Shown here: piece after piece, positions 14,901 to 29,479 of the stretch
Layout: each line of letters opens with the position of its first letter
How positions within the stretch are numbered: position 1 is the stretch's first letter
Source of the DNA: Eledone cirrhosa
Lineage: Eukaryota
Direction of reading: 5' to 3'
Length of the DNA stretch: 64,000 bases
Assembly: GCA_964016885.1 (NCBI GenBank)
Contig: OZ024743.1
Coordinates: 142,848,001-142,912,000, forward strand
Notes under the pieces: generated by a model
Database searches by the model: none
What the model saw: the letters and a program-made list of their open reading frames with translations, nothing else
Told to the model about the DNA's origin: nothing
Position numbers and translations under genes: made by a program

Positions 14901-17900
14901 ACACCAAACACCAAGCACCAAACACCAGCCACCAAGCACCAAGCACCAAACACCAAACACCAAGCACTAAGCACCAAACACCAAACAACAAGCACCAGGC
15001 ACCAAGCACCAAACACCAAACAACAAGCACCAAGCACCAAGCACCAAACACCAAGCACCAAGCACCAAACACCAAACACCAAACACCAAACACCAAACAC
15101 CAAGCACCAAGCACCAAACACCAAACACCAAACAGCAAGCACCAAGCACCAAACACCAAGCACCAAGCAGTAAGCACCAAACACCAAACACCAAGCACCA
15201 AGCACCAAGCACCAAGCACCAAACACCAAGCACCAAGCACCAAACACCAAACCCCAAGCACCAAAGACCAAGCACCAAGCACCAAGGACCAAACACCAAG
15301 CACCAAGCACCAAGCACAAAGCACCAAACACCAAGCACCAAGCACCAAACACCCAGCACCAAGCACCAAGCACCAAACACCAAGCACCAAGCACCAAACA
15401 CCAAACACCAAACACCAAGCACCAAGCACCAAACAGCAAGCACCAAGCACCAAACACCAAGCACCAAGCACCAAACAACAAACACCAAGGACCATGCACC
15501 AAACACTAATCACCAAGCACCAAGCACCAAACACCAAACAGCAAGCACCAAACACCAAACACCAAACACCAAACACCAAACAGCAAGCACCAAACAGCAA
15601 ACAGCAAACGCCAAGCACCAAGCACCAAGCACCGGGCACCAAACACCAAGCACCAAGCACCAAACACCAAACCCCAAGCACCAAAGACCAAGCACCAAGC
15701 ACCAAACACCAAACACCAAACAGCAAACACCAAACACCAAACAGCAAAAACCAAATACGAAACAGCAAACACCATACAGCAAACACCAAACACCAAAAAG
15801 CAGACACCAAACAGCAAACACCAAACAGAAAACAACAAACACCAAACACCAAGCACCAAGCACCAAGCACCAAACTCCAAGCACCAAAGACCAAGCACCA
15901 AGCACCAAGTACCAAACAACAAGCACAAAGCACCAAGCACCAAACACCAAGCACCAAGCACCAAACACCAACCACCCAGCACCAAGCACCAAGCACCAAA
16001 CACCAAGCACCAAACACCAAACACTAAACACCAAGCACCAAGCACCAAGCACCAGACAGCAAGCCCCAAGCACCAAGCACCAAACACCAAACACCAAGCA
16101 CCAAGCACCAAACACCAAGCCCCAAGCACCAAGCACCAAACACCAAACATCAAGCACCAAGCACCAAACACCAAACACCAAGCACCAAAGACCAAACACC
16201 AAGCAGCAAGGACCCAACATCAAACACCAAGCACCAAGCACCAAACACCAAACACCAAGCCCCAAGCACCAAGCACCAAGCACCGAACACCAAGCCCCAA
16301 ACACCAAGCACCAAACACCAAGCACCAAACACCAAACACTAAGTCCAACGCACCAAGCACCAAACACCAAACAGCAAGCACCAAGCACCAAACACCAAGC
16401 ACCAAGCACCAAGCCCCTAGCACCAAACACCAAACACCAAGCACCAAGCACAAAACACCAAGCACCAATCACCAAGCACCAAACACCAAGCAGCAAGCAG
16501 CAAGCACCAAACACCAAACACCAATCACCAAGCACCAAACACCAAACACCAAGCACCAAGCACCAAACATCAAACACCAAGCACCAAGCACCAAACACCT
16601 AACACCAAGCACCAAGCACCAAGCACCAAGCACCAAACACCAAGCACCAATCACCAAACACCAAGCACCAAGCACCAAACACCAAGCACCAGGCACCAAG
16701 CACCAAACACCAAGCACCAAGCACCAAACACCAAGCACCAAGACCGAAGCACCAAACACCAAGCACCAAACTCCAAACACAAAACACCAAGCACCAAGCA
16801 GCAAGCACCAAACACCAAACACCAAGCACCAAGCACCAAACACCAAACACCAAGCACCAGGGACCAAACATCAAACACGAAGCACCAAGCACCAAACACC
16901 TAACACCAAGCACCAACCACCAAGCACCAAGCACCAAACACCAAGCACCAAGCACCAAACACCAAGCACCAAGCACCAAACACCAAGCACCAAGCACCAA
17001 GCACCAAACACCAAGCATCAAACACCAAACACCAAACAACAAGCACCAGGCACCAAACAACAAGCACCAGGCACCAAGCTCCAAACACCAAACACCAAGC
17101 ACCAAGCACCAAACACCAAACACCAAGACACGCAGCATCAAACACCAATCACCAAGCACCAAGCACCAAACACCAAGCACCAAGCACCAAGTACCAAACA
17201 CCAAACACCAAGCACCAAACACCAAACACCAAGCACCAAGCACCAAGCACGAAACACCAGGCACCAAGCACCAAGCACCAAAATCCAAACACCAAGCACC
17301 AAACACCAGCCACCAAGCACCAAGCACCAAACACCAAACAGCAAACACCAAACAGCAAACACCAAACACCAAACAGCAAACAGCAAACGCCAAACACCAA
17401 GCACCAAGCACCAATCACCAAACGCCAAGCACCAAGCACCAAGCAGCAAGCACCAAACAGCAAACACCAAGCACCAAGCACCAAACACCAAGCACCAAGC
17501 ACCAAGCACCAAACACCAAACCCCAAGCAGCAAAGACCAAGCACCAAGCACCAAGGACTAAACACCAAGCACCAAGCACCAAACTCCAAACACCAAACAC
17601 CAAGCACCAACCAACAAACAGCAAACACCAAGCACCAAACACCAAGCACCAAACACCAAACAACAAACACCAAGGACCATGCACCAAACACTAATCACCA
17701 AGCACCAAGCACCAAACACCAAACAGCAAGCACCAAACACCAAACACCAAACACCAAACACCAAACAGCAAGCACCAAACACCAAACAGCAAACATCAAA
17801 TGCCAAACACCAAGCACCAAGCACCAAGCACCAAACACCAAGCACCAAGCACCAAGCATTAAACACCAAACACCAAGCACCAAGCACCAGGCACCAAACA

Positions 17901-20900
17901 CCAAGCACCAAGCACCAAACACCAAACCCCAAGCAGCAAAGACCAAGCACCAAGCACCAAGCACCAAGCACCAAACACCAAACACCAAGCACTAACCACC
18001 AAACACCAAACAACAAGCACCAGGCACCAAGCACCAAACACCAAACACCAAGCACCAAGCACCAAGCACCAAACACCAAGCACCAAGCACCAAATGCCAA
18101 ACACCAAGCACCAAGCACAAAGCACCAAACACCAAACACCAAGCACGCAGCATCAAACAACAAACACCAAACACCAAACAGCATAAACCAAATACGAAAC
18201 AGCAAACACCATACAGCAAACACCAAACACCAAAAAGCAGACACCAAACAGCAAACACCAAACAGCAAACACCAAACACCAAACACCAAGCACCAAGCAC
18301 CAACCACCAAACTCCAAGCACCAAAGACCAAGCACCAAGCACCAAGCACCAAACAACAAGCACCAAGCACCAAGCACCAAACACCAAGCACCAAGCACCA
18401 AACACCAAACACCAACCACCCAGCACCAAGCACCAAGCACCAAACACCAAGCACCAAACACCAAACACTAAACACCAAGCACCAAGCACCAAGCACCAAA
18501 CACCAAGCCCCAAGCACCAAGCACCAAACACCAAACATCAAGCACCAAGCACCAAGCACCAAGCACCAAACACCAAACACCAAGCACCAGGGACCAAACA
18601 TCAAACACGAAGCACCAAGCACCAAACACCTAACACCAAGCACCAACCACCAAGCACCAAGCACCAAACACCAAGCACCAAGCACCAAACACCAAGCACC
18701 AAGCACCAAACACCAAGCACCAAGCACCAAGCACCAAACACCAAGCACCAAACACCAAACACCAAACAACAAGCACCAGGCACCAAACAACAAGCACCAG
18801 GCACCAAGCTCCAAACACCAAACACCAAGCACCAAGCACCAAACACCAAACACCAAGCACCAAGGACCCAACATCAAACACCAAGCACCAAGCACCAAAC
18901 GCCAAACACCAAGCCCCAAGCACCAAGCACCAAGCACCAAGCACCGAACACCAAGCCCCAAACACCAAGCACCAAACACCAAGCACCAAACACCAAACAC
19001 TAAGTCCCACGCACCAAGCACCAAACACCAAACAGCAAGCACCAAGCACCAAACACCAAGCACCAAGCACCAAGCCCCTAGCACCAAACACCAAACACCA
19101 AGCACCAAGCACAAAACACCAAGCACCAATCACCAAGCACCAAACACCAAGCAGCAAGCAGCAAGCACCAAACACCAAACACCAAGCACCAAGCACCAAA
19201 CACCAAACACCAAGCACCAAGCACCAAACATCAAACACCAAGCACCAAGCACCAAACACCTAACACCAAGCACCAAGCACCAAGCACCAAGCACCAAACA
19301 CCAAGCACCAATCACCAAACACCAAGCACCAAGCACCAAACACCAAGCACCAGGCACCAAGCACCAAACACCAAGCACCAAGCACCAAACACCAAGCACC
19401 AAGACCGAAGCACCAAACACCAAGCACCAAACTCCAAACACAAAACACCAAGCACCAAGCAGCAAGCACCAAACACCAAACACCAAGCACCAAGCACCAA
19501 ACACCAAACACTAAGCACCAGGGACCAAACATCAAACACCAAGCACCAAGCACCAAACACCTAACACCAAGCACCAAGCACCAAACACCAAGCAACAAAC
19601 ACCAAACACCAAACAACAAGCACCAGGCACCAAGCTCCAAACACCAAACACCAAGCACCAAGCACCAAACACCAAACACCAAGCACGCAGCATCAAACAC
19701 CAATCACCAAGCACCAAGCACCAAACACCAAGCACCAAACACCAAGCACCAAGTACCAAACACCAAACACCAAGCACCAAACACCAAACACCAAGCACCA
19801 AGCACCAAGCACGAAACACCAGGCACCAAGCACCAAGCACCAAAATCCAAACACCAAGCACCAAACACCAGCCACCAAGCACCAAGCACCAAACACCAAA
19901 CAGCAAACACCAAACAGCAAACACCAAACACCAAACAGCAAACAGCAAACGCCAAACACCAAGCACCATGCACCAAGCACCAAACACCAAGCACCAAGCA
20001 CCAAGCAGCAAGCACCAAACACCAAACACCAAGCACCAAGCACCAAACACCAAACACCAAACACCAAGCACCAACCACCAAACAGCAAGCACCAAGCACC
20101 AAACACCAAGCACCAAGCACCAAACAACAAACACCAAGGACCATGCACCAAACATTAATCACCAAGCACCAAGCACCAAACACCAAACAGCAAGCACCAA
20201 ACACCAAACACCAAACACCAAACACCAAACAGCAAGCACCAAACAGCAAACAGCAAACAGCAAACGCCAAGCACCAAGCACCAAGCACCAAGCACCAAAC
20301 ACCAAGCACCAAGCACCAAGCATTAAACACCAAACACCAAGCACCAAGCACCAGGCTTCAAACACCAGGCACCAAGCACCAAGCACCAAACACCAAACAC
20401 CAAGCACCAACCACCAGCCACCAAGCACCAAGCACCAAACACCAAACACCAAGCACTAAGCACCAAACACCAAACAACAAGCACCAGGCACCAAGCACCA
20501 AACACCAAACACCAAGCACCAAGCACCAAGCACCAAACACCAAGCACCAAGCACCAAATGCCAAACACCAAGCACCAAGCACAAAGCACCAAACACCAAA
20601 CACCATACACCAAACAGCAAACACCAAACACCAAACAGCAAAAGCCAAATACGAAACAGCAAACACCATACAGCAAACACCAAACACCAAAAAGCAGACA
20701 CCAAACAGCAAACACCAAACAGCAAACACCAAACCCCAAACACCAAGCACCAAGCACCAACCACCAAACTCCAAGCACCAAAGACCAAGCACCAAGCACC
20801 AAGCACCAAACAACAAGCACCAAGCACCAAGCACCAAACACCAAGCACCAAGCACCAAACACCAACCACCCAGCACCAAGCACCAAGCACCAAACACCGA

Positions 20901-23900
20901 GCACCAAACACCAAACACTAAACACCAAGCACCAAGCACCAAGCACCAAACACCAAGCCCCAAGCACCAAGCACCAAACACCAAACACCAAGCACCAAGC
21001 ACCAAGCACCAAGTACCAAACACCAAACACCAAGCACCAAACACCAAACACCAAGCACCAAGCACCAAGCACGAAACACCAGGCACCAAGCACCAAGCAC
21101 CAAAATCCAAACACCAAGCACCAAACACCAGCCACCAAGCACCAAGCACCAAGCACCAAGCACCAAGCACCAAATACCAAACAGCAAACACGAAACACAA
21201 AACAACAAACACCATACAGCAAACACCAAACACCAAACAGCAGACACCAAACAGCAAACACCAAACAGCAAACACCGAACACCAAACCCCAAGCACCAAA
21301 CACTAATCACCAAGCACCAAGCACCAAGCACCAAGCACAAACACCAAACACCAAGCACCAAGCACAAACACCAAACACCAAGCACCAAAGACCAAGCACC
21401 AAGCACCAAGCACCAAACAATAAGCACAAAGCACCAAGCACCAAACACCAAGCACCAAGCACCAAACATCAACCACCCAGCACCAAGCACCAAGCACCAA
21501 ACACCAAACACCAAACACCAAGCACCAAGCACCGAGCACCAAACAGCAAGCACCAAGCACCAAACACCAAGCCCCAAGCACCAAGCACCAAACACCAAAC
21601 ACCAAGCACCAAGCACCAAACACCAAGCACCAAGCACCAAGCACCTAGCACCAAACACCAAACACCAAGCACCAAGCACCAAGCACCAAACACCAAGCAC
21701 CAATCACCAAGCACCAAACACCAAGCAGCAAGCAGCAAGCACCAAACACGAAACACCAAGCACCAAGCACCAAACACCAAACACCAAGCACCAAGGACCA
21801 AACATCAAACACCAAGCACCAAGCACCAAAAACCTAACACCAAGTACCAAGCACCAAGCACCAAGCACCGAACACCAAGCATCAAACACCAAGCACCAAA
21901 CACCAAGCACCAAGCACCAAACACCAAACACCAAGCACCAAGCACCAAGCACCAAACACCAAGCACGAGGCACCAAGCCCCAAACATCAAGCACCATGCA
22001 CCAAACACCAAACACCAAGCACCAAGTACATACACCAAGCACCAAACACCAAACACAAAACACCAAGCACCAAGCACCAAACACCAAGCACCAAGCACCA
22101 AGTACATACACCAAGAACCAAACACCAAACACAAAACACCAAGCACCAAACACCAAGCACCAAGCACCAAACAGCAAACCCCAAGCACCAAGCACCAAAC
22201 ACTAATCACCCAGCACCAAGCACCAAGCACCAAACACCAAGCACTAAGCACCAAGCACCAAGTACCAAACAGCAAACACCAAGCGCCAAACACCAAACAC
22301 CAAACACCAAGCACCAAGCACCAGGCACCAAACACCAGGCACCAAGAACCAAGCACCAAACACCAAACACCAAGCACCAAACACCAGCCACCAAGCACCA
22401 AGCACCAAACACCAAACACCAAGCACTAAGCACCAAACACCAAACAACAAGCACCAGGCACCAAGCACCAAACACCAAACAACAAGCACCAAGCACCAAG
22501 CACCAAACACCAAGCACCAAGCACCAAACACCAAACACCAAACACCAAACACCAAACACCAAGCACCAAGCACCAAACACCAAACACCAAACAGCAAGCA
22601 CCAAGCACCAAACACCAAGCACCAAGCAGTAAGCACCAAACACCAAACACCAAGCACCAAGCACCAAGCACCAAGCACCAAACACCAAGCACCAAGCACC
22701 AAACACCAAACCCCAAGCACCAAAGACCAAGCACCAAGCACCAAGGACCAAACACCAAGCACCAAGCACCAAGCACAAAGCACCAAACACCAAGCACCAA
22801 GCACCAAACACCCAGCACCAAGCACCAAGCACCAAACACCAAGCACCAAGCACCAAACACCAAACACCAAACACCAAGCACCAAGCACCAAACAGCAAGC
22901 ACCAAGCACCAAACACCAAGCACCAAGCACCAAACAACAAACACCAAGGACCATGCACCAAACACTAATCACCAAGCACCAAGCACCAAACACCAAACAG
23001 CAAGCACCAAACACCAAACACCAAACACCAAACACCAAACAGCAAGCACCAAACAGCAAACAGCAAACGCCAAGCACCAAGCACCAAGCACCGGGCACCA
23101 AACACCAAGCACCAAGCACCAAACACCAAACCCCAAGCACCAAAGACCAAGCACCAAGCACCAAACACCAAACACCAAACAGCAAACACCAAACACCAAA
23201 CAGCAAAAACCAAATACGAAACAGCAAACACCATACAGCAAACACCAAACACCAAAAAGCAGACACCAAACAGCAAACACCAAACAGAAAACAACAAACA
23301 CCAAACACCAAGCACCAAGCACCAAGCACCAAACTCCAAGCACCAAAGACCAAGCACCAAGCACCAAGTACCAAACAACAAGCACAAAGCACCAAGCACC
23401 AAACACCAAGCACCAAGCACCAAACACCAACCACCCAGCACCAAGCACCAAGCACCAAACACCAAGCACCAAACACCAAACACTAAACACCAAGCACCAA
23501 GCACCAAGCACCAGACAGCAAGCCCCAAGCACCAAGCACCAAACACCAAACACCAAGCACCAAGCACCAAACACCAAGCCCCAAGCACCAAGCACCAAAC
23601 ACCAAACATCAAGCACCAAGCACCAAACACCAAACACCAAGCACCAAAGACCAAACACCAAGCAGCAAGGACCCAACATCAAACACCAAGCACCAAGCAC
23701 CAAACACCAAACACCAAGCCCCAAGCACCAAGCACCAAGCACCGAACACCAAGCCCCAAACACCAAGCACCAAACACCAAGCACCAAACACCAAACACTA
23801 AGTCCAACGCACCAAGCACCAAACACCAAACAGCAAGCACCAAGCACCAAACACCAAGCACCAAGCACCAAGCCCCTAGCACCAAACACCAAACACCAAG

Positions 23901-26316
23901 CACCAAGCACAAAACACCAAGCACCAATCACCAAGCACCAAACACCAAGCAGCAAGCAGCAAGCACCAAACACCAAACACCAATCACCAAGCACCAAACA
24001 CCAAACACCAAGCACCAAGCACCAAACATCAAACACCAAGCACCAAGCACCAAACACCTAACACCAAGCACCAAGCACCAAGCACCAAGCACCAAACACC
24101 AAGCACCAATCACCAAACACCAAGCACCAAGCACCAAACACCAAGCACCAGGCACCAAGCACCAAACACCAAGCACCAAGCACCAAACACCAAGCACCAA
24201 GACCGAAGCACCAAACACCAAGCACCAAACTCCAAACACAAAACACCAAGCACCAAGCAGCAAGCACCAAACACCAAACACCAAGCACCAAGCACCAAAC
24301 ACCAAACACCAAGCACCAGGGACCAAACATCAAACACGAAGCACCAAGCACCAAACACCTAACACCAAGCACCAACCACCAAGCACCAAGCACCAAACAC
24401 CAAGCACCAAGCACCAAACACCAAGCACCAAGCACCAAACACCAAGCACCAAGCACCAAGCACCAAACACCAAGCATCAAACACCAAACACCAAACAACA
24501 AGCACCAGGCACCAAACAACAAGCACCAGGCACCAAGCTCCAAACACCAAACACCAAGCACCAAGCACCAAACACCAAACACCAAGACACGCAGCATCAA
24601 ACACCAATCACCAAGCACCAAGCACCAAACACCAAGCACCAAGCACCAAGTACCAAACACCAAACACCAAGCACCAAACACCAAACACCAAGCACCAAGC
24701 ACCAAGCACGAAACACCAGGCACCAAGCACCAAGCACCAAAATCCAAACACCAAGCACCAAACACCAGCCACCAAGCACCAAGCACCAAACACCAAACAG
24801 CAAACACCAAACAGCAAACACCAAACACCAAACAGCAAACAGCAAACGCCAAACACCAAGCACCAAGCACCAATCACCAAACGCCAAGCACCAAGCACCA
24901 AGCAGCAAGCACCAAACAGCAAACACCAAGCACCAAGCACCAAACACCAAGCACCAAGCACCAAGCACCAAACACCAAACCCCAAGCAGCAAAGACCAAG
25001 CACCAAGCACCAAGGACTAAACACCAAGCACCAAGCACCAAACTCCAAACACCAAACACCAAGCACCAACCAACAAACAGCAAACACCAAGCACCAAACA
25101 CCAAGCACCAAACACCAAACAACAAACACCAAGGACCATGCACCAAACACTAATCACCAAGCACCAAGCACCAAACACCAAACAGCAAGCACCAAACACC
25201 AAACACCAAACACCAAACACCAAACAGCAAGCACCAAACACCAAACAGCAAACATCAAATGCCAAACACCAAGCACCAAGCACCAAGCACCAAACACCAA
25301 GCACCAAGCACCAAGCATTAAACACCAAACACCAAGCACCAAGCACCAGGCACCAAACACCAAGCACCAAGCACCAAACACCAAACCCCAAGCAGCAAAG
25401 ACCAAGCACCAAGCACCAAGCACCAAGCACCAAACACCAAACACCAAGCACTAACCACCAAACACCAAACAACAAGCACCAGGCACCAAGCACCAAACAC
25501 CAAACACCAAGCACCAAGCACCAAGCACCAAACACCAAGCACCAAGCACCAAATGCCAAACACCAAGCACCAAGCACAAAGCACCAAACACCAAACACCA
25601 AGCACGCAGCATCAAACAACAAACACCAAACACCAAACAGCATAAACCAAATACGAAACAGCAAACACCATACAGCAAACACCAAACACCAAAAAGCAGA
25701 CACCAAACAGCAAACACCAAACAGCAAACACCAAACACCAAACACCAAGCACCAAGCACCAACCACCAAACTCCAAGCACCAAAGACCAAGCACCAAGCA
25801 CCAAGCACCAAACAACAAGCACCAAGCACCAAGCACCAAACACCAAGCACCAAGCACCAAACACCAAACACCAACCACCCAGCACCAAGCACCAAGCACC
25901 AAACACCAAGCACCAAACACCAAACACTAAACACCAAGCACCAAGCACCAAGCACCAAACACCAAGCCCCAAGCACCAAGCACCAAACACCAAACATCAA
26001 GCACCAAGCACCAAGCACCAAGCACCAAACACCAAACACCAAGCACCAGGGACCAAACATCAAACACGAAGCACCAAGCACCAAACACCTAACACCAAGC
26101 ACCAACCACCAAGCACCAAGCACCAAACACCAAGCACCAAGCACCAAACACCAAGCACCAAGCACCAAACACCAAGCACCAAGCACCAAGCACCAAACAC
26201 CAAGCACCAAACACCAAACACCAAACAACAAGCACCAGGCACCAAACAACAAGCACCAGGCACCAAGCTCCAAACACCAAACACCAAGCACCAAGCACCA
26301 AACACCAAACACCAAG
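11386..26316 (+). repeat. HOR tandem duplication B: 7459-bp unit, two apparently identical copies (about 11386-18857 and 18845-26316)
   Basis: Dozens of identical ORF translations at a constant +7459 offset, for example 11671/19130, 13099/20558, 14785/22244, 16599/24058, 18153/25612. Confidence 0.97.
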
Positions 26317-29300
26317 ACACGCAGCATCAAACACCAATCACCAAGCACCAAGCACCAAACACCAAGCACCAAGCACCAAGCACCAAGTACCAAACACCAA
26401 ACACCAAGCACCAAACACCAAACACCAAGCACCAAGCACCAAGCACGAAACACCAGGCACCAAGCACCAAGCACCAAAATCCAAACACCAAGCACCAAAC
26501 ACCAGCCACCAAGCACCAATCACTAAACACCAAGCACCAAGCACCAAGCAGCAAGCACCAAACACCAAACACCAAGCACCAAGCACCAAGCACCAAACAC
26601 CAAGCACCAAGCAACAAACACCAAACCCCAAGCAGCAAAGACCAAGCACCAAGCACCAAGGACCAAACACCAAGCACCAAGCACCAAACACCAAACACCA
26701 AACACCAAGCACCAACCACCAAACAGCAAGCACCAAGCACCAAACACCAAGCACCAAACACCAAACAACAAACACCAAGGACCATGCACCAAACACTAAT
26801 CACCAAGCACCAAGCACCAAACACCAAACAGCAAGCACCAAACACCAAACACCAAACACCAAACACCAAACAGCAAGCACCAAACACCAAACAGCAAACA
26901 GCAAATGCCAAACACCAAGCACCAAGCACCAAGCACCAAACACCAAGCACCAAGCACCAAGCATTAAACACCAAACACCAAGCACCAAGCACCAGGCACC
27001 AAACACCAAGCACCAAGCACCAAACACCAAACCCCAAGCAGCAAAGACCAAGCACCAAGCACCAAGGACCAAACACCAAGCACCAAGCACCAAGCACCAA
27101 GTACCAAACACCAAACACCAAGCACCAAATACCAAACAACAAGCACCAAGCACCAGGCACCAAACACCAGGCACCAAGCACCAAGCACCAAACACCAAAC
27201 ACCAAGCACCAACCACCAGCCACCAAGCACCAAGCACCAAACACCAAACACCAAGCACTAAGCACCAAACACCAAACAACAAGCACCAGGCACCAAGCAC
27301 CAAACACCAAACACCAAGCACCAAGCACCAAGCACCAAACACCAAGCACCAAGCACCAAATGCCAAACACCAAGCACCAAGCACAAAGCACCAAACACCA
27401 AACACCAAGCACGCAGCATCAAACAACAAACACCAAACACCAAACAGCATAAACCAAATACGAAACAGCAAACACCAAACACCAAAAAGCAGACACCAAA
27501 CAGCAAACACCAAACAGCAAACACCAAACACCAAACACCAAGCACCAAGCACCAACCACCAAACTCCAAGCACCAAAGACCGAGCACCAAGCACCAAGCA
27601 CCAAACAACAAGCACCAAGCACCAAGCACCAAACACCAAGCACCAAGCACCAAGCACCAAACACCAACCACCCAGCACCAAGCACCAAGCACCAAGCACC
27701 AAACACCAAACACTAAACACCAAGCACCAAGCACCAAGCACCAAACACCAAGCCCCAAACACCAAGCACCAAACACCAAACATCAAGCACCAAGCACCAA
27801 GCACCAAGCACCGAACACCAGGCCCCAAACACCAAGCACCAAGCACCAAAGACCCAACATCAAACACCAAGCACCAAGCACCAAACACCAAACACCAAGC
27901 CCCAAGCACCAAGCACCAAGCACCGAACACAAAGCCCCAAACACCAAGCACCAAACACCAAACACCAAACACCAAACACTAAGTCCCACGCACCAAGCAC
28001 CAAACACCAAACAGCAAGCACCAAGCACCAAACACCAAGCACCAAGCACCAAGCCCCTAGCACCAAACACCAAACACCAAGCACCAAGCACAAAACACCA
28101 AGCACCAATCACCAAACACAAAACACCAAGCACCAAGCAGCAAGCACCAAGCACCAAACACCAAGCATCAAGCACCAAACACCAAGCACCAGGGACCAAA
28201 CATCAAACACCAAGCACCAAGCACCAAACACCTAACACCAAGCACCAAGCACCAAGCACCAAGCACCAAACACCAAGCACCAAACACCAAGCACCAAGCA
28301 CCAAACACCAAGCACCAAGCACCAAACACCAAGCACCAAGCACCAAACACCAAACAACAAGCACCAGGCACCAAACAACAAGCACCAGGCACCAAGCTCC
28401 AAACACCAAATACCAAGCACCAAGCACCAAACACCAAACACCAAGCACGCAGCATCAAACACCAAGCACCAAGCACCAAGCACCAAGTACCAAACACCAA
28501 ACACCAAGCACCAAACACCAAACACCAAGCACCAAGCACCAAGCACGAAACACCAGGCACCAAGCACCAAGCACCAAAATCCAAACACCAAGCACCAAAC
28601 ACCAGCCACCAAGCACCAAGCACCAAGCACCAAGCACCAAGCACCAAACACCAAGCACCAAGCACCAAGCACCAAATACCAAACAGCAAACACGAAACAC
28701 AAAACAACAAACACCATACAGCAAACACCAAACACCAAACAGCAGACACCAAACAGCAAACACCAAACAGCAAACACCAAACACCAAACCCCAAGCACCA
28801 AACACTAATCACCAAGCACCAAGCACCAAGCACCAAACACCAAGCGTCAAGCACCTAGCACCAAACACCAAGCACCAAGCACCACGCACAAACACCAAAC
28901 ACCAAGCACCAAAGACCAAGCACCAAGCACCAAGCACCAAACAATAAGCACAAAGCACCAAGCACCAAACACCAAGCACCAAGCACCAAACATCAACCAC
29001 CCAGCACCAAGCACCAAGCACCAAACACCAAGCACCAAACACCAAACACCAAGCACCAAGCACCAAGCACCAAACAGCAAGCACCAAGCACCAAACACCA
29101 AGCCCCAAGCACCAAGCACCAAACACCAAACACCAAGCACCAAGCACCAAACACCAAGCACCAAGCACCAAGCACCTAGCACCAAACACCAAACACCAAG
29201 CACCAAGCACCAAGCACCAAGCACCAAACACCAAGCACCAATCACCAAGCACCAAACACCAAGCAGCAAGCAGCAAGCACCAAACACGAAACACCAAGCA

Positions 29301-29479
29301 CCAAGAACCAAACACCAAACACCAAGCACCAAGGACCAAACATCAAACACCAAGCACCAAGCACCAAAAACCTAACACCAAGTACCAAGCACCAAGCACC
29401 AAGCACCGAACACCAAGCACCAAACACCAAGCACCAAACACCAAGCACCAAGCACCAAACACCAAACACCAAGCACCAA

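Noticed and set aside
17558-19129. Hydrophobic WCLVLGA-repeat ORFs on the GT strand that look like membrane proteins
   Set aside because: The GT strand lacks A, so stops are rare and TTG/GTG starts are everywhere. Overlapping ORFs occur in all frames, which marks them as translation artefacts.
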